Part shown: positions 28,592 to 43,070 of the stretch, in pieces | Layout of the letters: each line of letters starts with the position of its first letter | How positions within the stretch are numbered: position 1 is the first letter of the stretch | Origin: the human T2T-CHM13v2.0 reference genome, Homo sapiens | NCBI RefSeq assembly: GCF_009914755.1 | Contig: NC_060931.1 | Strand: one strand, 5' to 3' | Length of the DNA stretch: 64,000 nucleotides | Program-made: the position numbers and the translations under genes | The notes under the pieces: generated by a model | The model's input: only the letters and a program-made list of their open reading frames with translations | What the model was told of the DNA's origin: nothing | The model's database searches: none

Positions 28592-29516
28592 CTAAGAGTA
28601 GATTTGAATGAAACCTGAAGTTCACAGGCTAAGAAAAACAGACAGGCTTCTTTAGACGTAAATGGGCTGACAAAGAGAACAATTTAGTTTGGCCCTGGGA
28701 AATAATTGAGTTAGTATTAGGAAGGGAAACTGGAGACAGGAAGAAGGAAAGAAAGACCCGAAGGAACCAGATCTTGAAATGAAACTACGTACCTACAATT
28801 TGCCTCTCTACACTTTGGAGTTAATATAATAACCCATGTTCTTACATTCCAAACAGCTGGTTATATTTTAGACTCTTGATGACTCATTTTTAAAAGGGCA
28901 CCCAAAGCAAAAATATTAAGAAAGCAAGGTTTACAAACCTAGCATGATCAGTTCAAGAAGTCCTAGTCATTCAGCGGAGGGTAGTAGAATCTAATAGGAT
29001 CTTCCAGGATTTTGTCCTAGAGATTCTTATTGTGCAGCATGAAGACCATGGGCAACAAGGGGCTGGGACTGTCTCTTGAAATTGCAATATAGTTAGTCCT
29101 CCACCAATATTGGTTTTCCCTAGCATGCTGCAGTCTAGCAATTTGATATTGTGTGCTCTCTATGGAATGCAGTCCAGTCCCTTTAATCAAAAGGAACCCT
29201 CACTACATTCCTCCTTGCAGTGGGCCTGTGGGCAGACAGAGGGTTAGAGAAGGGAGGAGAGAATGAGGTAGGCTCTGCCCTCTGAACATATGCAGGGAAG
29301 ACTAGACACAGCAAAGCAGATCCCTAAGACAGAATTCACTTTATATGCAAACATTTTTCCAAGACAAGCAGACATGAAACGAAGGAGACTACAAGTCTAA
29401 AATGCATTAAATTTCAAGCAATTAGAACCTAGTTAAAAAAAAGAAAACATAAAGTGTAGGCTAAATAATTAAAAATTGTGGAAGAGAGTCTTCCCCAGTT
29501 AACTTTGATATCAATC

Positions 29517-29648
29517 CATTTAAAAACTGCATTAAATAGAAGTTTTAGGAGCCTTTGACTCTCAAAACAAATAAGATGTCCATGTTAAATGCATCTTATT
29601 TGAGAGTCAAAGCCTCCTGAAACTTCTATTTAATGCATTTTTAAAATG
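29517..29648. repeat. Hairpin palindrome, ~55-bp stem and 13-nt loop
   Basis: 29517-29578 pairs with 29592-29648, with one ~5-nt bulge and few mismatches. Confidence 0.95.
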
Positions 29649-29659
29649 TGTGTGTTGGT

Positions 29660-30261
<602 letters not shown>

Positions 30262-30469
30262 CTACAAAGTGAATATGCCTTTGATACTATTATGCATATT
30301 CACCTATGTTCCCAGACTTTGTGGACACTCCGTGGGTGCAATGCCATCTTTATTTGTCTTTGGTAATAAGGAGCTACCCTAAGCATGCCAGTCTTTTTTT
30401 CTCCAGACACCACATGTGCTGTGCCCTCCTACATCTGCTCCACCTCCCTTGCCATGAAAGCTTACTCAC

Positions 30470-30501
30470 TTCAGGTGATCTCCTTCCTCGATTGTCTCAA
30501 T
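30470..30501 (-). other. Candidate small exon (32 nt, IETIEEGDHL in phase 0)
   Basis: Very strong acceptor cccttcttcacacgcctcttctttctcag|ATT; donor GAA|gtgagt. Confidence 0.4.
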
Positions 30502-30689
30502 CTGAGAAAGAAGAGGCGTGTGAAGAAGGGTCATCAACTGTTTAAATGACATCCTCTCCACTTCCAGGGGAGAAAACTGACCCACAATATGCTATGTACC
30601 ACGAAGAATCACAACAATTTTTAGGAAAATATGGGGTTATGTAAGTCAATTATCTTTCACTTGCAATCGATGACTAGACCCACAAGGAT

Positions 30690-31212
30690 AAGACAGAAGG
30701 TCAGCTTCTAAGATGGACCCCAATAAGCCCCACCTCCGGTGTAATCCATGCTATAGGCCCCCACCCCCTGTCTCCACACATGATACCAGGGCTGGTCTGT
30801 GGGACTAGTGGAATACAGCCGAAGTGACAGCATGCGACGTTGTGTCTTCTGCCTTGCCCTCTCTTTCTCTCTCAGATCACTTGCTCTGGAAAAAGTCAGC
30901 GGCCAAATCATGAAAATAGTCATGCAACTCTACAGAGCGGTCCATGTGGTGGGAAACTGAGGCCTCCTGCCCACAGCCACATGAGCAAGCCATCTGGAAA
31001 GTGGCTTCTCCAGCCCCTGTCACCTTCAGGTGCCTGCAGCTCAGGCTGACATCCTGGCTGCAGCCTCAGGAGAGACACTGAACCAGAAGCACCAAGCTAA
31101 ACTGCGCCTGGGTTCATATACTCAAATGACATGTGAGTAATAAATGCATATTATTGTTTTAGTTACTAAGTTTTGTTGTAACTTATTATGCAGCAGTGGC
31201 TAAAGAAATACC
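30690..31212 (+). mobile_element. MaLR LTR (MLT1F-like)
   Basis: taagatggaccccaataag...ctgcagcctcaggagagacactgaaccagaag...aataaatg...ttatgcagcagt. Confidence 0.8.
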
Positions 31213-31479
31213 ACATCCCAGATGTGAGCAAGAAGCCTTTCACACATCATACCCAAGAAATCTATGGGATCTATTCTGGGAAGGGGCTTAGGAGCTGAAA
31301 AACTTTGGGAATAGCTGACCAAAATGCATAGACAGCTGCTTAATTCCACTAGAACCATCTTATTATATCCCAGTGGTAGAAGCACAGCCTTAGATACTAT
31401 TTCAGGGTGAGAAAATTAAAAAGGAGAAAACAATTTATAAATGTAACTGCCACAGGCCAGATAGAATCATGGTCAACTA

Positions 31480-31800
31480 TAAAGACTTCGACTCCCTGGG
31501 CTCAAATCTCAGTGCTTACTTATCATGAGATCATGAGTAAGGTCTTAAACTTCTGTTGCCTTGTCTGTAAATTGGGTATGAACACTTAGGGCTGATGTTT
31601 TTACTTTTATTTCACAGATGAGAAATCTGTGCCATTGAGGGGTAAAGCAACTCCCCCGGGGTCACTCAGCTTATTCAAGGCAGCCCTGCTCTAGAACATG
31701 TGGGTTTATATCTATTGTACTCCTCTGTCCTTCAGTAATAACATGATGTTGTGGTAAGCATTAGAGAGGCTAATGCATGTAAAAACTTTAACATAATAAT
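31480..31800. mobile_element. Nested MIR fragments
   Basis: ttcacagatgagaaatctg; ttgtctgtaaattggg. Confidence 0.6.
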
Positions 31801-33138
31801 CATAAAACCAATGTCAGCGCTTTATCTATTTACTTAACCTCATTGTTAATTCCCAGCCTCCTGGCTCCGATAGCCCTGTGGTTCTCAGGGAGCTCCTACG
31901 ATCGGGGGATCGGGTGACAACTCTAGGTTTATCCAGAAAAGATAAGGGTTCAATGAACTTGGGGCATGAGTAGAGACAGACCTCTACCTTCCTCACCGAG
32001 CTTCCTTTCCACCTGAAGAGCTCAAGTTCTCTGTCTTTGGAAGTGGCCCCTAGGCATCGCTATTTAAAAATCCTTTCTACCAACACATTATCCCTGCATC
32101 CCCTCACCCCTAAAATATCAGTTTACCCAGAAGGAAGGCAACCAGCATTGGCTCCCAAAGAAGAAAGTCCAAAGATAAAATGAGGAATTTGATTTTATGA
32201 AAATCAGAACTAGAAAGCAGAAGACAGGGTCATCTAAGCTAGACCCCAAAACAGGAAATAGTCATGTATTGGACAAGTACAGTCTGGCTTTGCTTAAATG
32301 ACTCAAGATATGCATCCATCTGCTGATAACTGACCGAGCAAAAAATGTTTCTACATAACTGCAGAAACCTTTTCAATATTTTGACCCCCAACATTTGTTT
32401 TTCACTGATTTGCTTCCTTTTTTAACTTTGTGGTGAAAAGTTTTAGATTTGACATATTGAAAACTAGATGTGCATTCTAAATGCTCACTATGCTGCTTTA
32501 TGCTCACAAGCTGCATTATGCTGCTTGTTATAGATAAAGTCACAAAGTAACTTCTGTGTCAATGGGTTAGTTCCTGGACTAACAGGAGGGGGAGACATGG
32601 AGGACAATATCTGGATCAACAAAAAGACTGGCATTAGCCAAGGTTGCAGCCAGCCGTTCCCTTCTTGGATTTCATTATTTGGGGACTTCTCATCTAGCTC
32701 TGTCACTCATTAAATTGTGTATTTAGAATTATGAAAACAAAACGGGGAGCCAAAGGTGCTACTGATGGCTTAGAGGGATTACATAATGATGGCAGCAATT
32801 TCCATTCAGAGGTTTTAGAATTACCACACAGTGTGATCTCAGAAATGAGAGACAATTGCAAAAGGGAGATGGTTTAACTGCTGTTTTTTCCACTACAGGT
32901 TCTCAGTAGAAGACCCCAATTTTCACCCTAGGGAGGAAGATGGTTTCAGAATTATTAGTCTTCTACTTGCTGTAGAAACTGTTTACTTCTCTTTTCCTTC
33001 TTTTGTGTCTCAAAGCTCACAACTCCACAGAGACCCAGGAAAGAATGCTTAAAACAAGAGTAAATATTATTACACATGTGGACCTTTGAGATATTTTTAA
33101 AAAGCAGTAACACCCTGCTCCGCTGCTACTATACTCAC

Positions 33139-33205
33139 AGACTCTCCTAAACTGTTTAATGTAATTCCAATATTGGATTAGTTCAAAATGTCTCCATCTG
33201 GGGTG
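33139..33205 (-). other. Candidate exon (67 nt; only open frame HPRWRHFELIQYWNYIKQFRRV)
   Basis: Acceptor gcccttttag|CAC; donor TCT|gtgagt. Confidence 0.25.
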
Positions 33206-33674
33206 CTAAAAGGGCATTGGGTGACTATTGTGAAAGTCAAAAACTCCTAATCTGAAAATTCTAAAATATACTGATTTATTTATTTTTGATGGACTGTACA
33301 ACTGTGAAGAAGCTAAAACTTTCTTAAACAGGTTCAAGACTTTTCCACAATTCTGGCTGGTTAAGTGTTTGGGCCCAGGTGAGGCCCATTCATTGGTCAG
33401 TGAAAAATCTCAGTGATGACCTCTAGCCCCTACCTGATGACTACACAAGAGAAGATTGCTAAGATCTAACAATGTTATTGGGCCGCCTTGATAACTAGCT
33501 GATAGGCAGTTCAATAGCAACTTAAATAAGAAGAAAGCATTAAAGGAGTAAAGAAAACTCAGCGAAAAAAGCAAAGTGTGTAGGATAAAATTTTACAACA
33601 TCATCTCCTGCTAGCATGCATTAATGACAGTGGTAGACTTCTCACACTTCATAACAAATCACAGCCCAGTGTAC

Positions 33675-33707
33675 TGTTTATTGAACTTGAAAGGGGTTCA
33701 ATAAACA
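33675..33707. repeat. 12-bp perfect inverted repeat
   Basis: tgtttattgaac - 9 nt - gttcaataaaca. Confidence 0.9.
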
Positions 33708-35806
33708 ACAACTCTTCAATAAATGGACTCTGAGCTATAGTTACCTTAAAAGATGATGTACAATGTGCAGTTTGCAGGTAGCAATGCTTCTAGTGAACAT
33801 GTGTAGAGGAGACCAGCTCTGGAGTGTTGGGTGCATGTCAGAGTCCCACATGTTAAGAAGGATATTGATGAACACTTAGCCCCATGGCAAGTAGCAAGCA
33901 TAATGAGGAGGTTGGAGAAAATGGAGGAAACGAGAAATGTTTGCACTGGAGAGAAGATGTAAAGACTCCAAAAACATGGGGAGCAACCATAGAGAAGAAA
34001 GTGTAACTGAGTCTGAGAGGCTCTGAGTGACACAGCCAGGGGCAGTGTGTTTGCACTGCAGGCACTGTGCTTTCAGCCCCACCCCAGGATGATTTTTTAA
34101 ACAGCTAGAACCGTGGAATGTCAGAGTATGCTGCCTCTTTAAGGAGTGAGAGAGAACAGCAGTCAATGGATGACCGCTAGCCAAAGATGCTATCCAAGTT
34201 ATTTTTTGATTGGATGAAAGAGTGAATGAGATCAAAGCTTTCCTAACTGTGCTAGATGGAACCCCTTCTCTCAGGGCCACTTAAAACTGTGTGGCAGGAG
34301 AAATGAGCCCCAAAACTCCCAAATGCTTCCACAGAGCAATGACTCCTTTATCTGTTGTTGGCACTGGGCCTCTAACTTCAAGTAAGGCATACTTGAACAA
34401 GGATCCTGTAGCTAAATAAAGCATTTTGAAGAAAATCGATGGCTTCTAAACTGAGCCCTTCAACAGAGCACAGAAAACCAGGAAGAGGGGCCCAGGGCCG
34501 ACTGCTTCAGCAGAGCAGCTTTGATGCTTCCTGATTCACACATAGGGCCTCTGAGTAAATTTCATTTGTATAAACGTTTACACAGTTAAAAAGATTTCAA
34601 CCACTAGCTTAGATCACATCCAAAATCAAGTTCAATTCTTAGATTTCTGTAATTTTATGTTGCATGACTGACTCTAATCTTATCATTTCTTAACTTCCCC
34701 TATGAATCATTTTTTCTTTTCATTTTCTATTTCTGAAATCAAAGCAAATGCTTCGGGATAAACTGCCCATTTCAAGAAATTGCAGAACTGAGTTCTAGGC
34801 CCACATGCTGAAATTAGTTATAGGACTCAGAATCAATTTAGGAAGATGCTAGGACAGTAATCGTAGTGAAATAATACTATTCATCTGTGTAGTGTTTTTT
34901 TTTTCTTTTTTCTTTACAAAGGATCTTAATTTCCATTACTGTATCTGATTCTGAAAACAATCCTGTGAAGAAGGCAGGACAGATAAAATTATTTCATTAT
35001 TCAAATGAGTAAACTGAGACATAGAAACATATATGTCACATAATCAAGAGTTAAGTAGTGTTTTGTTTCCAAAACTCAGTTTTGGAAGTTTTGGTGTAAT
35101 GAATTTTCTATAACCATGTAACCTTAAGTGGTCAATCTTGCAGTAATAGCTGAGAACTCTAGAAATCTTTTTAATATACTTATCTTTGGAAGAGAAGCTA
35201 GAGCTCAAGTTTTTTGCTGAGAAAATATTATCTTCAGAGAACATTCTCTTTTTTGAAGGTCAGATCTTTTTTTACCTTTTCAGAATCTGGATTTTCACAG
35301 GAATGCACCACAGTTTTTAAGAGATTTGATCTTCTGGTGGACTTTTGTTATCAGAATTTCAGCTTTTGGCCTTGAAGTCAAGTTCTGTTTTTAATTCCTA
35401 ACAATATTCCATTAACCACAACAGTGGCACTGAAACAAAACAAAGCAAAACTTTTCAGAGCTTTTAAAAGGCCAGAAACATTGTGTTAAGTGAGACTGCC
35501 ATAGACTGCTTGGGAATTTTTTAAATCTACCATTCTAAATGGACAAGAGATAAACAAGAGGGTCCTTATTTGTAAGCCTAGTACACTGTCCAGAGCTCAC
35601 CTCTGGGGAAACTTGAGCCAAATAACCAATGACCAGCATTTACTTTCCACTTGTCATCAAGGAGTAAGGCTTTCTGAGTGGTCAACGGTCTGTGCCAATT
35701 CATTCTGAGAGAAAGATATTACAGGAGAAGCTAACTTTACATTAATCTACTTTCCTGTCTTGGCTGTGACATTTTCTTCATCTTATCAGAGTAGTTAAAA
35801 GGAAAC

Positions 35807-35985
35807 GTTGTGGGGTGAGGGGAGTGGGGAGGGATAGCATTAGGAAATATACCTAATGTAAATGACAAATGACGAGTTAATGGGTGCAGCACACCAACAT
35901 GGCACATATATACATATGTAACAAACCTGCACGTTGTGCACATGTACCCTAGAACTTAAAGTATAATAATAATAATAATAATAAT
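35807..35985 (+). mobile_element. Short 3' end of a primate L1 (L1PA4/5-like) with TSD
   Basis: ggggagggatagcattagg...gtaccctagaacttaaagtataataat; taaaaggaaa at 35796-35805 and 35985-35994. Confidence 0.95.
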
Positions 35986-37004
35986 AAAAGGAAATGTACA
36001 AAGATCAAATAGATGTCTGCAAAATTTAGTGGCATGAGAGGAGATATTTGACCCCTTCCTTTCCAATTTCAAAAGAGGGAATTTACCAAATAACTTTTAC
36101 AATGAAGGAAAAGCAAAATCATCATCATCATCATTATAAAACTTGTCCTAGTGTTATAAATTAGGAAAGATTGCCTTGCAAATGATGGAAAAGTCCAAGA
36201 ATTTCCACTAGATGTTTTACAGATGAAATCAAGTTTTAAAAGGACACCCAGGGCTCCTACAAAATTTCTCCCCAGAAAGCCAAGAAAACAATGTGACTTC
36301 ATAAGAAAACAACAGAGGAGATAATAAACGCCAGGAACATTCCCTAGTCTAAAGGCCTAAGGCGGGTGTTGGTATCAGAGAGTAACACGTATATTCAGAA
36401 ATGTATATGTACAGCTAGCAGTAATCATAGTAGTTGTAGTACTGGTAGTTGAAAATTTTATTTGTATGCATTGGTCTATATTTACTGTTTTGTGGATAGC
36501 CCTGGACTTCTTTAAGTACCCAAATTCAGATCTTTTTTAGGACAAAATAGTGTGCTTTTATGCCTCTCTGTATTATTTCTGTTCTACTTCATATGGTTTG
36601 TTCTTCAATGGATCTCTGTTGCCTTTACTTTTAAGCGGTCAACATTTTTTTTCTGATTATTTTCCTTTGCTCAACATTCTGTTTCTCAACCTGGCTCTCC
36701 ACATCACTAATCACATTTTTCAATGCCACAGACACTCTAAATGGATTCCAGATTCACCTTTTCAGACTTCAAGGCTCCCAGAACAGTTACTTCCCAAATC
36801 AAGCTGGCTCTGTTTCAAGGAATATTCCTCACTATGCCAAGGAAAGTTACTGGCTTCTCTCCTGCCTCCTGCCCTCCCAAAGTAATTCTGCCAAAGTCCT
36901 TCTGTTGCATGCAGTGGGTGGACACCTGGATGCTGGCATTGCCATCGGATTCTGACCTTTAAAAATGTGTGTGCGCTTGTGTGTATGTGTGTTTACATAT
37001 ATTT

Positions 37005-37560
37005 GCTAGCTCTGTCCAATGAGAATGCTGGAAAGCAGCAATACCTCAATAGTAATGAGCACACCTGGCACCCAGATTTTGGTTTCTAAATACCATTCTC
37101 CACTAAAAGGGTTTCTTGGAGAAGTGGCTGATTCAGGACTGGAGCAGGAAAAATACAAGGTAAATATTGAGCATTTTACTGTGCAAGAAATTATGGTGAT
37201 ACAGCAAAAGGATGCAGGTGCCATTTTAAAGGAACTCCCACTGCCTAATTGAGGGGGCAATTTGAGCATTAAAATAAATAACAGTGTTAATAGATTATAA
37301 TCCATGGAATGGTATGGAAAATGATTAGTTGACAGAAATATTTAAAAAGTTTTATGAAGAATATGATCTATACAGAATTTCAAAGTATTTCTCTACAAAA
37401 TACTTCTTAAATACAAATGGAAAAAGTGCAACTTTACTGTGGAGAAGGCTGAATAATAACACCTCAGTCAAATGAGTAAAGATAATCAGTAATAAGGAAA
37501 ATAGAAATTGTGAACCACCTGATAGAGTGCAATGAGTTGTCCATAATATTTCTGCTCTCC
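37005..37560 (+). mobile_element. L1MC-like 3' UTR
   Basis: agtaatgagcacacctggcacccagattttggtttctaaataccattctccactaaaagg. Confidence 0.8.
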
Positions 37561-37700
37561 CACTATAGCTAAACATGGACCTCATGGGAGACAGTAAGGG
37601 GGAAAAAATATTAAAACCAGAGCCTAAAATAAGGTGACAGACAACCAAGCTAATCAGCTATGAGAATAAATGCAAGTAGGTTAAACTTCCCTATCAAAAG

Positions 37701-37702
<2 letters not shown>

Positions 37703-37755
<53 letters not shown>
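37703..37755 (+). repeat. (CA)n(GA)n microsatellite
   Basis: Direct reading. Confidence 0.95.
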
Positions 37756-38899
37756 CAACATATACTCTATGCTATGCTCAAAAGTGACCCATAAGCAAAA
37801 AATCTCAGAAAAATGAAAAGCAAGACTTAAGAAATCTCAAAACCTGGAAAGTATAAACTAAATAAAGCAGAGGTTGCACAATAGTGTTACTGTATAAAGC
37901 AGATTTTACTTGGAAAAAATAACAATGAAAGCAAAAACATTAGATGTATCATTTCCCATAAATCATGCACCTACTCATTCCTAGAGTCTTTCTTGAGGGA
38001 ACCATAGCAGGAATAAATGGTAAAAGCACTATTACTAAACATTATTATTGAATAGAGTTATTTCTTGTAAAATTTGGGACTCAAGTACTGGATTCATCAC
38101 AGTGCAAAAGTGTAACTTCTTCTCTGTGCTGAGAGAAAGACATGGGGAAGAAAGAGACAAATGAACAAAGACAGAGAGAATCTCTCAACCAATTGACCCA
38201 CCTAAACATAAGAAACCAGGAAGTGAAAGAGAGGCCAAGATTTGCTTGGCATTTTTAATGCAGTTATCACATAGACATCCAATAGCTCTGACTATTTGCC
38301 CCCACCCCACCAACACACATATTATTTTCTCTATATAATAAAAATAGACAAATAGAGGTTTTGTTCTCTGTCTTGTCAGATTATCAACTGGAGATGAAAG
38401 GAGGAAAAGATGGGGATGACAGAGATGAGTTCACAAGTCCTGGAATAATAATAATAGAGATAGGAAAATTTCTCTTTCTTTAGTTTAGCCTTGTTTTGTT
38501 GCCCCTAATGCTGATCATTAAACATTTTCATCCAAAGTCCACATAGGGGACCAATATTTTAGAGGTTGTTTTTGGGTCTCTCTCTGGTTGTCTTGCAAAC
38601 GTAAGAGAATTTTTTCTATGTTCTGGGAAATAACAATTTAAAGACCATTTTTTCTAGTATCAAAAAATAAATTGAGGCATGATAAGAAAGAAAGCATTTG
38701 CTCACAATGCCTGAGGTTGAACAGGCCTAGAACACACGGTGTGTGGCTAGGACAGTGACTTAGGCCAGCACACCACAGGGAAGAAAACAAAGAAGAAAGG
38801 AGAGAGACAATCGTCTTCCCACAGTGAAGGATGGCCATTGTAATTATCATTCTTATTAATGTGCTTCAAAAGATATTTAATACAATTCAGTATCCATTT

Positions 38900-40915
38900 T
38901 TTATTTAAAGGAGGGCACAAAACAAACACAAAAAATAAAACTTAATGAGAAGAATATTTTCCAAACATGACGAATAATACTTATCTCAAACCTGCCTAGG
39001 AGTCAATCTTATATGAAATGGTCAAAAGTAAATACCCCACTAAAATTAGGAATATCAAAAGTATCCCCTTTATGAACACTTCTGTTTTCTTATTTTCTAA
39101 GAGCTTAAGTGAAGTTGATGAGACAGAAAAAAATAGGAATTAGGTAAAGGAATAGGATAGAGATAAAAATATTTGCATAAAAATATTTTACTAATATACA
39201 ACCATATATTAGTCTAAAATCCTATAAGAATGAATGAGAATTTATTATAGCCTTGCATTACAAATAAACAAGTGAAAACTAATAGCTTTCTTATATACCA
39301 GCAACAATAATGTATTTATATGTGTGAATGTGTTTTTGTGTGTCTGTGTATAACTTTGTCTATAAGACCCTCTTGGCAACTGTAAAAAAAAAAAGTATAA
39401 AGTATCTAGGGATTTATGAAGAAATGTGCCTGAACATGGCATATTTACAGAAATTTAATGAGAGACATAAAAATATATTTGAAGAACTAGAAATTTATAC
39501 CACACTCCTCGAAGGGAAGGCTTAGTATTGTAAAGATGTCAATTCTTCCCAAGTTACTTAATAAATTTAACAAAATTGAAGTGAAAGTCCCAAAGAGATG
39601 CTTGGGGGCAGGGTGGGTCTTGACAAAAAGATTTGAAGTTGAACTGGAAAAATAAATATGCTAAAGTAGCCAAGATCTCTCTAAAAAGAATCAGAAATGA
39701 ATGTTGTTAGAATAGGATACAATTTCCTCTGTGAAATATAATAAAACATATTGTAACACTGTAAATATTATAATCCTATAACCTTGGTTGTAGAAGCCGT
39801 AAGTGGGAGACAATTAAAAATCTAGAGACCAAACTGTCTCTCTCTCTGGAGACACACACACACACACACGTATACACATATATATACCATATATTTGTCA
39901 TACATATAAATGTCAAAAATCTTTCTCCAGAATATCTAGGGTTTGGTCTTTTCCTCACTTAATAATATTCCTGAAGTTTATCTACCTTAACAAAGACTAC
40001 AACGTTTAGGAAAAGATTTACCCTTAGTGCTAAAAAATGAAATATTTAGGTATACATCTGACAAAATATGCATAATATCTATACAAGGAAAACTAAAAAA
40101 TTCTGATAAAAGAAATCAAAGAACTAAGTAAATGCAAAGATATTCCATGTTCATGGATAGAAAGACTCAATGTTATCACGATGTTGTTTCTTTCCAACTT
40201 GATCTATAGATTCAACGCAATCTCAATCAAAATCCCAGCAAGTTATTTTGTGGGCATTGACATGAAGTTATATCGAGAGGCAAAAGACCCAGAATAGCCA
40301 ATGCAATATTGAAGGAGAAAAATAATGTCAGGAACTGACACTACCCAACTTCAAGACTTAATATAAAGCTACAGCAATGAAGCCAGTGGGCTATTTGTAA
40401 AAGAATAAACAAACCTTTCAATGGAACAGAGAACAGAGTAGAGCGCCTAGAAATAGACCTATGTACATATAGTCAATTGATCTTTGACAAGAGAGTAAAG
40501 TCAATACAATAGAGCAAAAATTGACTTTTCAACAAATAGTGCTGGGACAACTGCACAATCACATGGAAAAAAAGACTCTAGACAAGGACTTACATCCTTC
40601 CTAAAATTAACTCAAAATAGATAATGGACCTAAATGTAATAATGCAAAACCATAATCTCCTAGAAGGTAAATTAGGAGAAAACTAAGATAACTTTGAGTA
40701 TGGGTGATACTTTTTAGATATGACATCGATGGCATGATCCATGAAAGAAATAATTGATAAGCTGGACTTTATTAAAATTAGGGACTTCTGCTCTGCAAAA
40801 GACACTCAAAAGAATGTGAAGACAAGCCACAGACTGGGAGAAAATATTTGCAAAGACGTATCTGATAAATAACTCTTATCCAAAGTATACAAAGGACTCT
40901 TAAAACTTAACAATA
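38900..40915 (+). mobile_element. L1 ORF2 remnants (older fragments plus an L1MB/M-type segment at ~40030-40915)
   Basis: gatattccatgttcatggatagaaagactcaat, gatctttgacaag, gactgggagaaaatatttgca. Confidence 0.88.
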
Positions 40916-40919
40916 CAAG

Positions 40920-41165
40920 AGGCTGAGTCAGGAGGATCGCTTGAGGCCAGGCATTTGAGACCAGTCTGGGCAATATAGTGAGACATTGTCTCTAAAAAAA
41001 ATAAAAAATATTAGCCTGGTTTGCTGACGTCTGCCTGTAGTCCTATCTACTCAGGAGGCTGAAGAGGGAAGATAGCTTGAGGCCAGGAGTTAAAGGCTGC
41101 GGTGGGCTGTGATCACACCATTGCACTCCAGCCTGGGTGACAGAGAGAAACAGTGAGACTCCACT
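40920..41165 (+). mobile_element. 5'-truncated AluJ
   Basis: ggaggatcgcttgaggccaggcatttgagaccagtctgggcaatatagtgagac. Confidence 0.88.
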
Positions 41166-41369
41166 TATTTTTTTTTAAGAATGGACAGGAAGTAGAAGTA
41201 AGAAAATAAATCTAAGGAAAATTAATTTTTAAATAAATTATACAAAGTTGAAAGATCAAGCAGCTATCACTTGTTTTTCCTCAAAATAGCTTATGTCACT
41301 TTTTTCTTTGGTCTATTTTCAGAAGTACTTCTGAGTAAATAAAAAAAGTATATAAATTATTATTCTCTT

Positions 41370-41610
41370 GCCATTTTTAATATACTTTATTATTAAAGCA
41401 GTTCTACGTTCACAGCAAAATTGAATGGAAAGTACAGAGAGTTCTCATATACCTTCTTCCCCCACATACACACAGTGTCCTCCACTGTCAATATACCCCA
41501 CCAGAGTGGTACATCTGGTACAATGAACCTACACTGACACATCATTATCACCCAAATCCATAGCTTACATTAGTGTTCACTCTTGATGTTGTGCATTCTA
41601 TGGCTTTGAG
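41370..41610 (-). mobile_element. L1MC/MD 3' end
   Basis: aagcagttctacgttcacagcaaaattgaatggaaagtacagagagttc. Confidence 0.8.
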
Positions 41611-42100
41611 CAAGTCTGAACACAGTTTAGCTGGATCCTCTGTCAAAGTCTTAGAAAGTTTCAATCGAGGTTTTTTTGGGCTTTGTTCTCATCTAGAGGC
41701 TCAACTGGGGAATAATTCTCTTCCAAGCACACTCAAGTTGTTGGCAGAATTCATTTTCTTGCAGCTTTATGATTGAGGGTAGCTTGTTGCTGTTTATCTA
41801 CTGGAGGCTGCCCCAGCAACTAGAGGTGCCTGAAGTTCACTGATACATGAGTTTCCCCAGCATGGCTTCTCCTTTCACCAGGCCAGCAAGAGTCTCAGAT
41901 AAGTCTGGTGTCATGCCAGAGTCTTAAATAACGTAAAATAATGTAGTCATGGGAATAACAGCATGTCATCTTTGCCATATGCTATTGTTTAGAAATAAGT
42001 CACATGTTCCACCACACTTAAGGGAACAGGATTGCAAAAAGGCATGAACCACAGGAGGTGGGGTTCATGGGGCTACTTTCATTGAGTCTGTCCACAACAC
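41610..42100 (-). mobile_element. MaLR LTR (MLT1-type)
   Basis: ttgttggcagaattcattttcttgcagct; tttgccatatgctattgtttagaa. Confidence 0.7.
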
Positions 42101-42199
42101 CTACTGAGCTTCAGGAGTTATTAATGTATACCCAGGGCCTAACAAAATGCCAAACATATTGACAAGTATTTGCCAAATTCATCAATTTAAAATGTATCC

Positions 42200-43070
42200 T
42201 CAATGTACTATTCACTAAGACAGAGATAACAAATGATTTTTTAAAGTTAAATATAAAAAAGCGTTAGAGAACTGACAAGTGTATAACAAAATATTTATAT
42301 AATTTTCAGTTTGGAAAGTCTATTAAACATGAACACAAAATTGGATACAGAATGAAAAGACTGGTGGATAGATTTAAATAATATTAAATGTCTCTATATA
42401 TCAAAAACAATACTGTAAGCTATGTGACAAAGTATTAATATCTTAAAATATAAAAGACGTCTACCAATCAATTAGAAGGAAACACACCAATTGAAAGATA
42501 AACATAAGCCATGTACAAGTAAATCACAAAAGAAGATATATAAGGACCTAATAAACAGTATTCACATTTAAATCCACTAGTGTCAAGAAGCAGCATATTA
42601 AATCAAGGAGATATGCTTTTTTGTCTTTATGATGAACAAAAACTGAAAACATCCAAACACTTTTACCCAGAAATTCCATCTCTAGGAACTTATCATAAGG
42701 CAAAAATCACAACTAGCCATAAAACATGTTCATCTCAGTTTGTTAACTAAATATTGGGAACCACCTAACAGCTGGTAGCTGGTTAAATAATTTAGAATAG
42801 ATCTATGAAATTTCATGCTATTATCAGTGATGTGGTAAGAAATATGTTTAATGACTTGGACATATGCTTGCAATGTATTAACTGAAAAACTCAGAGCACT
42901 CAGGAGTATTTCTAATACATATAGTTTGTCAATAGACAAAGACACCATAATGTTTAAAGTTGTTATTTCTTGATGGCATGATTCCTGGTGACATTTCCCC
43001 CGCACCCAATATTTTGCATTCTCTGTGTTTTAAAGGTTTTCTCTTGACATGTATTACTTATCATAAACTT
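42200..43070 (+). mobile_element. Old L1ME-like 3' region
   Basis: acccagaaattccatctctaggaacttatc. Confidence 0.6.
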
